A stretch of DNA of 55,837 bases from a virus. Taxonomy: Duplodnaviria; Caudoviricetes. Both the position numbers and the translations under genes were made by a program. The notes beneath the pieces are model-generated. The model was not told the DNA's origin. It did no database searches and saw only the letters and a list, made by a program, of their open reading frames with translations. Positions 45,757 through 54,787 of this stretch are shown here, one piece after another. The number at the start of each line of letters is the position of its first letter. Within the stretch, counting starts at the first letter, position 1. Location: positions 1 to 55,837 of IMG/VR virus record IMGVR_UViG_3300035072_000033; one strand, given 5' to 3'.

Positions 45757-46000
45757 TTACGGGGACTCCCGTGCTGTCCTGCTCAAGACAGGAGGACGCA
45801 CGTCACGCTTCGAAATGACCCGTGGGACGGGCCCGAACCAACCGACGCGGCGAACGGGGGGCGATCGCCGCGCCGGCCAACCGACGCATCAAGCAACGCT
45901 ACGAAAACACGCCGGGCTTTTATCCACGCGATGCCCGGCCCCGCGCTTGCGGTCGACGCGAAGAACAACCCCCGCGCGCCGACGGAACTCTCACCCTCCC

Positions 46001-46065
46001 AAAAGCCCCGCGCGACGGGCGCCGCGCGGGGAAGTCAAGGGAGGAAACGCCCAAGGAGGGCTACG
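46001..46065 (-). ncRNA. MmgR/suhB (alpha-r8)-like small RNA
   Basis: GCCCTCCTTGGGCG-TTTCCTCCCT-TGACTT followed by a terminator hairpin + TTTT; 5' end uncertain. Confidence 0.7.
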
Positions 46066-46165
46066 AAGCATCGGACACCCGAGGCTGCGAACCTCGCGCG
46101 GCCATCGAGCCCGCGCGAAGAGGGGAAGCGCCGGAGAGCCGGCGCGAAAGGGGAGGGGGCGGCGC

Positions 46166-46420
46166 TCATTCGGCGGCCTGGTGGTTGGAGGGCGATTCGG
46201 GACGCGCGACGCCCTCGGGCCAGGGCGCGTTTTCGGGCCAGCATTCCGCCAGCTTTTCGAGAGCCTTGCGCACGGTGCGCGACCCCATGTCGCCGCCGCT
46301 CCGTAGCTCGCGAATCCGCGTCCCGCGCCCGAATATCCGCGTGGAGATGGTTGTCTCCGCGAGGCCCGTATGAGCCGCGAAGGAGTCGAGAACGCAAATG
46401 AGCTGGGCGATGTCATCCAT
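46166..46420 (-). CDS. cro: Cro-like protein
   Basis: Divergent from the repressor; LAETTISTRIF..G, WPE.A.WP..V.RP. Confidence 0.8.
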   Translation of the reverse strand: MDDIAQLICVLDSFAAHTGLAETTISTRIFGRGTRIRELRSGGDMGSRTVRKALEKLAECWPENAPWPEGVARPESPSNHQAAE

Positions 46421-46426
46421 GCCGAG

Positions 46427-46498
46427 AGCATAGCGTATCTTAATACGCCGTCAACGTATTTTAATGCGCTCGTATCAAGTATCTAAATACGCGAGAAT
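46427..46498. promoter_or_regulatory. Right operator/promoter region with three 16-bp operators
   Basis: GCGTATCTTAATACGC (46433), ACGTATTTTAATGCGC (46454), AAGTATCTAAATACGC (46477); minus-strand TTGACG-16-TATGCT. Confidence 0.8.
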
Positions 46499-46503
46499 AA
46501 GCC

Positions 46504-47187
46504 ATGGAAAAGACTATAAATTCCGTCGTCGCGGCGATCGAACGCGAGGCCCGCGCCCAAGGCTTTACACTTACCTCGCTGGCGAAAAAAGCCGGCCTCG
46601 CCGACACGACCCTGACAAAAAAGAAATTCGATCGAGGCAACCCGAGCATGACGACACTGGCTAAGGTGGCGGCCGTGCTCGGATGCAAGCCAACCGATTT
46701 CATGGTCGATGACGAGCCGCCCGCGCAAAAACTCCTGGGCGAAGTCCGCGCCGCGCGCGTCAGCCGCCGCGCGCCGCCATCCCGCAAAAACCTCCCCGTG
46801 CGCGGCACGGCGTCCGGCGCTCTGGCCAACGGCTTCGAAATCTCGCCGCATATCATCGAATATGTGGATCGGCCGCCGGGGCTGGAAGGCGTCGACGACG
46901 CCTACGCGATCTACGTGGTCGGCGAATCGATGTGCCCAGAGCATAAGCCGGGGGAACTCCGCTTCGTGCATCCACACCGAAGGTATAGAGCTGACGACAC
47001 GATCATCCTGCAAACACGGGCATATCCAACCGCCGGCATCGAGGCGTATATTAAAAACTTCGTCCGCGAGACGCCGGACGAAGTGACGGTCAGGCAACTA
47101 AACCCGGCCGCGGTGATAAAATACAAGAAAAGCACGATTTTTGCCATACATAGAGTATTGACGGTAAACGAGCTTTTCGGTGTCTAA
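46504..47187 (+). CDS. cI: CI-like repressor (XRE HTH + S24 peptidase)
   Basis: TLTSLAKKAGL...NPSMTTL HTH; VVGESM.P Ser and AYIK Lys; A-G site in ASG. Confidence 0.92.
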   Translation: MEKTINSVVAAIEREARAQGFTLTSLAKKAGLADTTLTKKKFDRGNPSMTTLAKVAAVLGCKPTDFMVDDEPPAQKLLGEVRAARVSRRAPPSRKNLPVRGTASGALANGFEISPHIIEYVDRPPGLEGVDDAYAIYVVGESMCPEHKPGELRFVHPHRRYRADDTIILQTRAYPTAGIEAYIKNFVRETPDEVTVRQLNPAAVIKYKKSTIFAIHRVLTVNELFGV

Positions 47188-47213
47188 TAGCGCCGGGGCT
47201 TCAGCTGAAAACC

Positions 47214-47909
47214 CTATTTTGGCGGCTGAAGGACGCCAATGCCATCTTCCGCGCTTATCGTTGTTTGGTGGCCCAAGAGGCCACCGACTTCCATTTGCGA
47301 ATAACCCTCATAAGTGAAACGAATTAAAAACCTGCAGCGCCTCGACAAAGAGCCTTGCAGCGTATCGCAATTTTTTTCGACATAATCGCGCGCGGGCTGC
47401 GGGCCGACGAAACTGAAATCAATTCGTGAACCAGATGCTGGGATACAGCGATATTCGCGCGCGTCGGCATAAAAGCAGTTTGCGGTCGTTTGGATGATTT
47501 TACCATCCCATTTATGGGTCTGCACCGCTAGGTCGACCGGCTCGAGAACCTTAACCCGATCAAGCGTCGCCTTTTTGATTTTCGCCACGATCTCGCCAAG
47601 TGCAACATCGCTTTTTTCTTTTCCTTCCGCGACGCCTGCATCGCCAGCCATGGCGCATATTATGACCGTCGCGCGTAAGTTCATGGCCTGCCTCTCCTTG
47701 GGAGCCGCCGCCACGTCGAGACATCCTGAAAGGAACTCTGCCGTGAGTTTCGGGTGATTCGGACGGAGCGTATCCGCCATATCGAATGCAAATTTTGATC
47801 TGACGGCGGGAGGGCTCGCCGCATATTCCGCGAGCGTCTCCTTGTCCGCGTCGAGAGCGCTGGCGCGGGCCGAGGCGCACATAAGAATCATAATTAAAAT
47901 TCGCCTCAT
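47214..47909 (-). CDS. Exported Cys-containing hypothetical protein (immunity-region moron)
   Basis: MRRILIMILMCASARASA signal peptide; AT-richer; GAGG RBS. Confidence 0.75.
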   Translation of the reverse strand: MRRILIMILMCASARASALDADKETLAEYAASPPAVRSKFAFDMADTLRPNHPKLTAEFLSGCLDVAAAPKERQAMNLRATVIICAMAGDAGVAEGKEKSDVALGEIVAKIKKATLDRVKVLEPVDLAVQTHKWDGKIIQTTANCFYADAREYRCIPASGSRIDFSFVGPQPARDYVEKNCDTLQGSLSRRCRFLIRFTYEGYSQMEVGGLLGHQTTISAEDGIGVLQPPK

Positions 47910-47986
47910 GCTCGCCTCTTGCTTGATACGCGAAAGCGCCTTCCCTCACGTCGAATAGTCTAGCTCCGCCGCGCCGAACCCGCAAA

Positions 47987-48037
47987 ACGGCTTAAAATAC
48001 GCTTTCCGATTGACAGCGTATTTTTATACGCTATTCT
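47987..48037 (+). promoter_or_regulatory. Left early promoter with operator
   Basis: TTGACA(48010)-GCGTATTTTTATACGC-TATTCT; half site AAAATACGC ending 48002. Confidence 0.8.
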
Positions 48038-48067
48038 CGCCTCGTCACCCACCCGGCGAGGCCCGCG

Positions 48068-48286
48068 ATGCAAAAAATCTACCCCACCGAGGCGCTGCTG
48101 ATTTCCGGCATGGCGCGGCTGCTCGAGCCGTTCGACTGCTGCGACCTTCCCTGTTTCGCGCGCGGCGTGCTGCGGCGCGCTGGCCTCGCCGCCGCCGATA
48201 TTGACAGTTTCCTGCCGACGGCGATGTCCTGGGCCCGCCAGGCGCGCGACGCCCGCGCCAAGCGCGGAGCGCCAGCTCGTGGCTGA
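48068..48286 (+). CDS. Hypothetical early protein
   Basis: First ORF after the promoter; GAGG RBS. Confidence 0.6.
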   Translation: MQKIYPTEALLISGMARLLEPFDCCDLPCFARGVLRRAGLAAADIDSFLPTAMSWARQARDARAKRGAPARG

Positions 48287-48548
48287 GCCGCTCGCCGAAC
48301 TGACGGTCAAGGCGCTGCACAACGCCAAGGGGCTGCTGTTCGAATCCTCGGGCAGCCTGACCTTCGAGCTGCTGGTCGGCCTGCAGCTTTATCTCGCCCG
48401 CTTTGCCGAAACCAGTTGCGATGGCCGCGTGCCGCCGGAGATCGCGGCCGAGCAGAAAGAGATCGCCACTCGCGTCGCCGCCCTCGCGCGCCGCATCGGC
48501 GCGGAAGAGCCGCGCGACATCCCCGCGCTCGGCGCGCGCCAACACTGA
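48279..48548 (+). CDS. Hypothetical early protein
   Basis: GTG start overlapping the previous gene end. Confidence 0.55.
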   Translation: MAEPLAELTVKALHNAKGLLFESSGSLTFELLVGLQLYLARFAETSCDGRVPPEIAAEQKEIATRVAALARRIGAEEPRDIPALGARQH

Positions 48549-48558
48549 CGGAGACCAG

Positions 48559-48864
48559 ATGATCCCGCCCAAACCCGTCCTACGCCGCCTCGCCGCCATC
48601 GCGCTGCTGATGCTGTCCATGCTCGCCGCCATCGGCGCCGCCGATTGGACGTGGCTCGAGAGCGGCTTTTCCATCGTCGCCCTTTGGCTCGGCGCGGTCG
48701 CGCTGTTCGGCGGGGCCGCCGCTTTCATGGTTCTGCGGGCGCATCGCCGCCGCGTCGACCTCGACGACGAACTTTGGTCGCTTCGCCGGCTGGAGCAAGG
48801 CGAAGAGGCGGCGCGACGGCTGGCGCGCGCCGATCGGGCTCGCCGCGACCGGGGGGAGCCATGA
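48559..48864 (+). CDS. Small 2-TM membrane protein
   Basis: GGAG RBS; two hydrophobic helices. Confidence 0.6.
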   Translation: MIPPKPVLRRLAAIALLMLSMLAAIGAADWTWLESGFSIVALWLGAVALFGGAAAFMVLRAHRRRVDLDDELWSLRRLEQGEEAARRLARADRARRDRGEP

Positions 48865-49202
48865 CCGCCGACAACATCATTCCCATGCGGCCCGCGGCCG
48901 CCCCCGTCATCCCGCTGCGGCCACCGCCGCCGGTAGGCCAATCGGCGAGTCAGCTCGAACTCGCCCGGGCCTGCGCGCGCGACATGTTCGACCGGCGCGA
49001 GCGCGCGATCCTTGAGGCGATGGAGCAGGGCGATCTGCGCCGCGCGATCGTTCATTTCGCCGGCCTGGTCGCCCCCGATCTCGGCCCGCTGGGCGCCAAT
49101 CTCAGCCAGGAGCGCGAGGCCCGCGCGGCCGTGCTGCTCGACCACATCGAACAGGCGGCGCGCTGCCATTTTCGCGACGCCGCCGACAAGGACGCCCCAT
49201 GA
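48861..49202 (+). CDS. Hypothetical protein
   Basis: GGGGGAG RBS; ATGA overlaps at both ends. Confidence 0.6.
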   Translation: MTADNIIPMRPAAAPVIPLRPPPPVGQSASQLELARACARDMFDRRERAILEAMEQGDLRRAIVHFAGLVAPDLGPLGANLSQEREARAAVLLDHIEQAARCHFRDAADKDAP

Positions 49203-51580
49203 CGATCACCGAAATAGACATTCCGCTCGCCAGCATCGCCGGCCGCTCGCGCCTCAACCCGCGCCAGGCCTCCGCGCCGCCCGAAAAGATCGAGGAGATC
49301 GCGGCGACGATCGTCGAATGCGGGCTGATCGAGCCGCCGCTAGCGATCGCCGAGGACGGCGCCTATGCGATGCTGAATGGCGGCAACCGGATCGACGCGC
49401 TGCGGCTGCTGCAGGCCAGGACGCCGGACAGCCCGATCGTCGTGCGCGCGCGGCTGTTCGAGGGCTCGGAGATCGAGGCGCGCGAGGCGGCGGCGGCGGT
49501 GTCGCTGACCCAGACCGCGCTGCATCCGGTCGACAAGATCGAGGCCTTCTCCGCGATGGCGAAATCCGGCCGCGCGGTCGAGGACATCGCCCGCATCTTC
49601 CACGAGGCCAGGCGCGACGTGGAGCGCCACATCAGGCTGGCGGCGCTGTCGCCGGTGGTGCTGGGCCTGTGGCGGCGCGGCGAGATCACAAGAGATGTCG
49701 CCATCGCCTTCACCCACGGCACGATCGAGGCGCAGGAGGCGCTCATCGAGACGCGGGCGACGCGGCTCGACGACGCCTTCGCGATCGCGCGAAAACTGCG
49801 CGCCGACGCGCTGGACCCGGATTGCGCCGAGGCGCGGTTTCTGGCGGCCGATCCGGCGCGGGCGGATCGCTATGTCGATAATGGCGGGCGCATCGATGAG
49901 GACCTGTTCAGCGAGGCGCCGATCTTTCTCGACGCGGCGATCGCCGCAAAGACCGTCAAGGCGCTGCTGACGGAGAAGGCCGAGAAGATCGCCGAGGCCG
50001 AGGACTGGGGCTTCTTCCTCGTTGACGAGGACCACGACGCCGAGCCGCTGGATATCTTTCTCGATCTACGTCCCGAGGAAACCGAGCGGCTGGCCGCGAT
50101 CGACGTCTTGATGAGCGGCGAGGAGGACGATGCCGCCCGCATAAGGCTGCTGGACGAAGTCGAGGCAATCGAGGCGCGCGGGCTGCTGCGTGTCGTGCGA
50201 CAAGCCGACCGCATCAAGCTGGGCGTGCGCGTCGAGTTGAACATCTTGGGCCGCGCCGTCACGACCCGCGCGATTCCCTTGGCCCCGCCGCGACAAGAAC
50301 CCACGTCGCAAGACCGCGAGCCGCCCGCGCCCAAGGGCAAGACAGCCGCCCCGCCGCCACTCCCGCCAACCGAGAAAATCGGCAACGCGGAAAAGACCAT
50401 CCGCGTCGAGGCGATCAACGCCGCGCTGCGCGTGGCTTGCGCCGAGGACGCCACGCTCGCGGCGGTGTTTCTCGTCGCGGCGCTCGGCTGCCAATGGGGC
50501 CGCGAGGGGATAGCCGTCGCCAGCGAGGGCGTCGTGTTCGGCCAGCCCAAGAGTGAGCTGCTGCGCAAGATCAGCGGTGAGAAATTTGCGAGCGCGCTGC
50601 TCAGTTGCGCGCAGGCGGCGGCGGGGCGCTTGCAGGCGCCGATCACCAACGCCTTCGCGGAACTGATCGGCCGCCATATCGAGGTCGAGGACGCCAACCC
50701 CGAGATCGCCAATCTGCTTCTCGCCGTCGCCTCGCGCTTCGACGACATCTACGCGCGCATGGCCGATGCGTTCGACTATCCCGAATATTTCCGCGCGGTT
50801 GGCAAGACCGGCGCGGTGGATGCGATCCGCGATCTCAACGGCGAGGCGGCGGCCACGGCCGCCGAGAAATCGAAGGTCAAGCCGCTCCTTGTCGCCGCGG
50901 CGAAGCTGGCCAAGGACAAGGAATGGCTGCCGCGCGACCTCGCGACCGCCTGCGGCGCCAAGCCGGAGCACGCGGCGCCCCAAAGCACGGCGCAAGCGAT
51001 GGCGGCCGCGATCGACGCCGACGAGGCTTCTTTGCAAAAAGCGCGAACAACCACGGACGAACCTGGGCCCGTCGACAACGCCGCCCGCGTGCGCCTGTTC
51101 ATCGAGAAGGCCTGCGTCGTCGATTGGCAGGCGCAGTGTTTCGTCAATGTGATCGTCGAGCGCTTCGGCCTGTTTGGCGCCGCGCGAGGATGGCCCTCGT
51201 TGGAGAACCGGAAATTTTTCGCCGCGATGAAGAAAGAGGGCTTCGGAAAGAACGGCCGCAGCTTCACCGGGCTCGCGCTGAAGACCGCGCCCGTCGCTTC
51301 GGGCGAAGAAGCCAGCGACGAAGACGCCGAACCCCTCGACGACGCCGCCCGCGTGCGCCTGTTCATCGAGGAGGCCTGCGAGCGGGTCAAGGACGCCAGC
51401 GTCAAGGCCGTTGACCTCGCCGCCCGCTACGACCCGTTCGGCGCGTTGCGCGGCTTCCCGTCGCTGGGTCAAGACGCGTTCTTCGCGGCGATGGCGGCGA
51501 ACGGCTTCCCCAAGAAATATTCATCCATCAAGGGACTGGGGTTGAAAGACCCCGCGCCAGCGAAAGGCAAGAGACGATGA
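49199..51580 (+). CDS. ParB/Srx N-domain protein with two C-terminal winged-helix-like repeats
   Basis: NPR, GLIEP, GGNR..AL, LHPVD..EAF; duplicated AARVRLFIE.AC domain. Confidence 0.8.
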   Translation: MTITEIDIPLASIAGRSRLNPRQASAPPEKIEEIAATIVECGLIEPPLAIAEDGAYAMLNGGNRIDALRLLQARTPDSPIVVRARLFEGSEIEAREAAAAVSLTQTALHPVDKIEAFSAMAKSGRAVEDIARIFHEARRDVERHIRLAALSPVVLGLWRRGEITRDVAIAFTHGTIEAQEALIETRATRLDDAFAIARKLRADALDPDCAEARFLAADPARADRYVDNGGRIDEDLFSEAPIFLDAAIAAKTVKALLTEKAEKIAEAEDWGFFLVDEDHDAEPLDIFLDLRPEETERLAAIDVLMSGEEDDAARIRLLDEVEAIEARGLLRVVRQADRIKLGVRVELNILGRAVTTRAIPLAPPRQEPTSQDREPPAPKGKTAAPPPLPPTEKIGNAEKTIRVEAINAALRVACAEDATLAAVFLVAALGCQWGREGIAVASEGVVFGQPKSELLRKISGEKFASALLSCAQAAAGRLQAPITNAFAELIGRHIEVEDANPEIANLLLAVASRFDDIYARMADAFDYPEYFRAVGKTGAVDAIRDLNGEAAATAAEKSKVKPLLVAAAKLAKDKEWLPRDLATACGAKPEHAAPQSTAQAMAAAIDADEASLQKARTTTDEPGPVDNAARVRLFIEKACVVDWQAQCFVNVIVERFGLFGAARGWPSLENRKFFAAMKKEGFGKNGRSFTGLALKTAPVASGEEASDEDAEPLDDAARVRLFIEEACERVKDASVKAVDLAARYDPFGALRGFPSLGQDAFFAAMAANGFPKKYSSIKGLGLKDPAPAKGKRR
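51072..51380 (+). repeat. Intragenic direct repeat (45 bp, 2 mismatches; 264-bp period)
   Basis: 51072-51116 vs 51336-51380. Confidence 0.85.
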
Positions 51581-52044
51581 CCCTCAACCGCGCCGAGCTG
51601 ATCGGCAATCTCGGCCGCGATCCGGAAAGCCGAACGACATCGACCGGCGGCAAGGTCGTGACCTTCTCGATCGCGACCAGCGACAGCTGGAACGACAAGA
51701 CGACTGGCGAGCGTAAGGAGCGTGTTCAATGGCACAACATCGTGATCTTCAACGAGAACATCGGCGCGGTCGCCGTCAAATACGTCAAGAAAGGCGATCA
51801 GCTTTTCGTCTCGGGCCAGATCGAAACGCGCGAATATACCGACAAGGATGGCGCCACGCGCCGCGTAACCGAAATCGTGTTGCGCCCCTTTAGCGGCGAA
51901 TTGAAGCTGCTCCGCAACGAGCGCCGCGCCGCCCCCGGCCCCGACGACTACGGCGAAACCCGCACCCGCGACCAGCCGATCAAGGATCACGCGGGCGGCG
52001 GCTCGCGTCTCGCGGATCAGCTTAACGACGATATTCCGTTTTAA
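51577..52044 (+). CDS. ssb: Single-stranded DNA-binding protein
   Basis: LIGNLGRDPE, WH.IV, C-terminal DDIPF. Confidence 0.97.
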   Translation: MTLNRAELIGNLGRDPESRTTSTGGKVVTFSIATSDSWNDKTTGERKERVQWHNIVIFNENIGAVAVKYVKKGDQLFVSGQIETREYTDKDGATRRVTEIVLRPFSGELKLLRNERRAAPGPDDYGETRTRDQPIKDHAGGGSRLADQLNDDIPF

Positions 52045-52067
52045 CCCGCCAAGACGAAAGGTCTGAA

Positions 52068-52547
52068 ATGCCTAGAATTTATGTCGCGTCGTCATGGCGC
52101 AATCCTTATCAGCCGAACGTCGTCGATCGCCTCCGCATGGCCGGGCATGAAGTCTATGACTTCCGCAATCCGCCGAACGGGGTGAAGGGATTCGCATGGT
52201 CGGAAATCGATCCGAACTGGCAAGCGTGGTCGGCCGACGACTATCGAAGCATCCTGACGACGAGTCCAATCGCCGCGCGCGGCTATGTGACCGATCTTCG
52301 CGGCATGGAATGGGCCGACACATGCGTGCTTGTGCTGCCGTGCGGGCGTTCCGCGCATCTTGAAGGCGGCTGGTTCGCGGGCCGTGGCAAACGGCTGATC
52401 ATTCTCACACAGGACGGCGAGGAACCTGAGCTGATGGCGCTCATGGCGAACGAAATCTGTGTCTCGATCGAGGAAGTCATCAAGCGCCTGTCGGAATCGC
52501 GGCCTTGCATAACGCGAGCGTTCACGGCGGCAGGGGTCGCGCGATGA
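52068..52547 (+). CDS. Nucleoside 2-deoxyribosyltransferase-like protein
   Basis: IYVASSWRN, D...M..AD..VLV.P.G.S.H.E.G. Confidence 0.7.
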   Translation: MPRIYVASSWRNPYQPNVVDRLRMAGHEVYDFRNPPNGVKGFAWSEIDPNWQAWSADDYRSILTTSPIAARGYVTDLRGMEWADTCVLVLPCGRSAHLEGGWFAGRGKRLIILTQDGEEPELMALMANEICVSIEEVIKRLSESRPCITRAFTAAGVAR

Positions 52548-53395
52548 CCGGCAAGTGCAAAATCCAATTTACCGACGCTACCTGGAACCCGCTCGCCGGC
52601 TGTTCCATCGTCTCGCCGGGCTGCACGAATTGCTATGCGATGCGCCAGGCCGCGCGGATCGAGCGCATGGGCGGCGCGGATCATTATGTTGGCCTCACCG
52701 AAATGGTCAACGGCAAGCCCGTCTGGACCGGCAAGGTCGCGCTGGCGAGCGAAAGGACCCTGCTCGCGCCGCTGCGCTGGAAGAAGCCGCGCAAAATCTT
52801 CGTCAACAGCATGAGCGACCTCTTCCACGAGAGCGTGCCCGACGAATGGATCGACAGGATTTTCGCGGTGATGGCGCTGTGTCCGCAGCACACGTTTCAA
52901 GTGCTGACGAAACGGTCGAAGCGGATGAGGGAGTATCTCTTGACCCCATGGACTCGCGTCAATATCGGAGATCGCGTCGGGAATATAAGTGCCGACGGCG
53001 ATAATGATCATGACGCTTTCATAGACGGGCCATGGCCGCTCCCCAACGTCTGGCTCTGTGTCACCGCCGAGGACCAAACCCGCGCCGACGAGCGCATCCC
53101 CGATCTCAAGGATAAGCGCTCCACCGCGCAGGCGATGGCCGAGGCGATCGACGACGACGACGCCGGCAAGCAGGCCGTCGCCCGCTTCGTCGAGACCCGC
53201 GACTTCCCGCCCGAGGGGATCAAGGCGAGCCTGCTCTACGGAGATTTCGTCACCTGGGCCGAGCGCGAAAACGTCGCCCCGATGAGCGTCATCGCTTTTT
53301 CAAAGGCGCTCGAAGCCAATGGCATCGAGAAAAAGCGCACCAAAGCCGGCATCCATTATCTCGGCTTGAAAAGCCAGGCGGAGGCCGCGCAATGA
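52544..53395 (+). CDS. Truncated DUF5131 (gp37/gp68) protein fused to a wHTH-like domain
   Basis: TWNP..GC...SPGC.NCYA, FVNSMSDLFH, LTKR; normal C-terminal half replaced after RIPDL. Confidence 0.8.
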   Translation: MTGKCKIQFTDATWNPLAGCSIVSPGCTNCYAMRQAARIERMGGADHYVGLTEMVNGKPVWTGKVALASERTLLAPLRWKKPRKIFVNSMSDLFHESVPDEWIDRIFAVMALCPQHTFQVLTKRSKRMREYLLTPWTRVNIGDRVGNISADGDNDHDAFIDGPWPLPNVWLCVTAEDQTRADERIPDLKDKRSTAQAMAEAIDDDDAGKQAVARFVETRDFPPEGIKASLLYGDFVTWAERENVAPMSVIAFSKALEANGIEKKRTKAGIHYLGLKSQAEAAQ

Positions 53396-54075
53396 AGCCA
53401 CGCAACGCAACCATTCACCCCGCATTTTTGGAGCAAGCGCTTGATGCCGAGGCCGAACTTTGGGCGAAGCGAACCGACCTCGCGGAATTCATCGAGCAAA
53501 TATCCCCGGCGGATCAGAAAAACCGCGACGGGCTAGCCCGCTTTGCCAAGAACTGTTTTCGGGAAGGGCTGTTCGATGGCGTGTGCGTGGCCGTCGATGG
53601 AAAGGCGCTCAAGACGAGCATTCTCCAAGCTCGCGCCATCAGCGAAGTCGACCAATCGGCGAAGGCCGCCACGACGACAGGCTGGGCTTGGTATTATACC
53701 CAAGACAAGGAGCGCTGGAACCTCTCCGGCCCCACGCGCGACGACGCGATCCGCGACGGACTCACGGAATATTCCGGCGAGGGCTTTTCGATCTGCGAGG
53801 CGCGCAAGGAGCCGATTTCGCTGCGCTTCGATGGCGATTGCATCTTGGAGCGCCTCGCGGATCAAAACGAGGAGCTGCTCGATCCGGATGGCGACGGCCA
53901 TGTCTTCGATAAGCGGCCAACATATGACCAGGAGCGCGACCTAGCGGACGCTGTCGAGACCTGCATCCGCGAATGGGCGAAGCGCCACGATCTCGACACG
54001 CAATCATGGGTCTTCGCGGAAACCCGCTCCGAAGAGACAATCCCGTCGCGTATCGGAAACGAGCCCGAGCGATGA
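53392..54075 (+). CDS. Hypothetical protein
   Basis: GGAGG RBS; ATGA coupling at both ends. Confidence 0.7.
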   Translation: MKPRNATIHPAFLEQALDAEAELWAKRTDLAEFIEQISPADQKNRDGLARFAKNCFREGLFDGVCVAVDGKALKTSILQARAISEVDQSAKAATTTGWAWYYTQDKERWNLSGPTRDDAIRDGLTEYSGEGFSICEARKEPISLRFDGDCILERLADQNEELLDPDGDGHVFDKRPTYDQERDLADAVETCIREWAKRHDLDTQSWVFAETRSEETIPSRIGNEPER

Positions 54076-54416
54076 GCCGCCCCAAAATCGGCGACACGCT
54101 TCGCGAGCTGTCGCGCCGCTTCCCCCAGGCCTTCGCGATGGAGGCCAAGGACAAGCGCCCGCTCAAGCGCGAGATATTCCAGGACCTTTGGGCGGCGGCG
54201 CCGGACATCGGCTACGACACGCTGCGCCAGGCGCTCGGACAATATGTCGGCGGCGTCACCTACCTCGAGCTGCTCCGCGAGGGCGCGCAACGCTTCGGCC
54301 TCTACGGCGAGCCGGCCGGCGACGTGACGGCCCGCGACGAGGAACAAGCGCGCGAAAAACTCGCGCGCATTTACGACCGGCGCGGGACGCCGAAATCGCG
54401 CGAGGCGGCGGAATGA
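54072..54416 (+). CDS. ProQ/FinO-domain RNA-binding protein
   Basis: FP..F...PLK..IFQDL...LR.AL..Y.....YL.....GA.R..L.G.P.G.V. Confidence 0.85.
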   Translation: MSRPKIGDTLRELSRRFPQAFAMEAKDKRPLKREIFQDLWAAAPDIGYDTLRQALGQYVGGVTYLELLREGAQRFGLYGEPAGDVTARDEEQAREKLARIYDRRGTPKSREAAE

Positions 54417-54787
54417 CCCGCCGCGCCGCCCCACGCATCCGCGCCCCCGAGGCCGCCGCCATGCTTGGCGTCACGCTGCGCGGGCTGCAGGCGCTGGCGG
54501 CGCGCGGCGCCTTGCCAGGGGCGGCGAAAATCGGCACGCTATGGACCTTCGACCCCGAAAAACTCCGCCGCTTCATCGCGGCCAGGGAGGCGGAATGCGC
54601 GAGCCGAATCTCTATCAACGCGCCGGCGTCTGGTGGCTGCGCGCCACGATCCGTGGCGTCGAACACCGAGAAAGCCTACGAACGCGCGATGTCAAGACTG
54701 CTCGGCGGCTCCGCGACGCGCGGATCGAGGAAATCTCGGCCGCGCGCTGGCGCGGCGAGCGCGCGCGATCATGGCGCGACGCGGTGA
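54413..54787 (+). CDS. xis: Excisionase-like HTH protein
   Basis: EAAAMLGV..R.L...A.RG.LPG..KIG..W.F; directly before the integrase. Confidence 0.75.
   Translation: MTRRAAPRIRAPEAAAMLGVTLRGLQALAARGALPGAAKIGTLWTFDPEKLRRFIAAREAECASRISINAPASGGCAPRSVASNTEKAYERAMSRLLGGSATRGSRKSRPRAGAASARDHGATR

Noticed and set aside
46440-46455. CtrA box (TTAA-N7-TCAAC)
   Set aside because: One mismatch and fully explained by the overlapping operator and -35 element; unsupported without binding data
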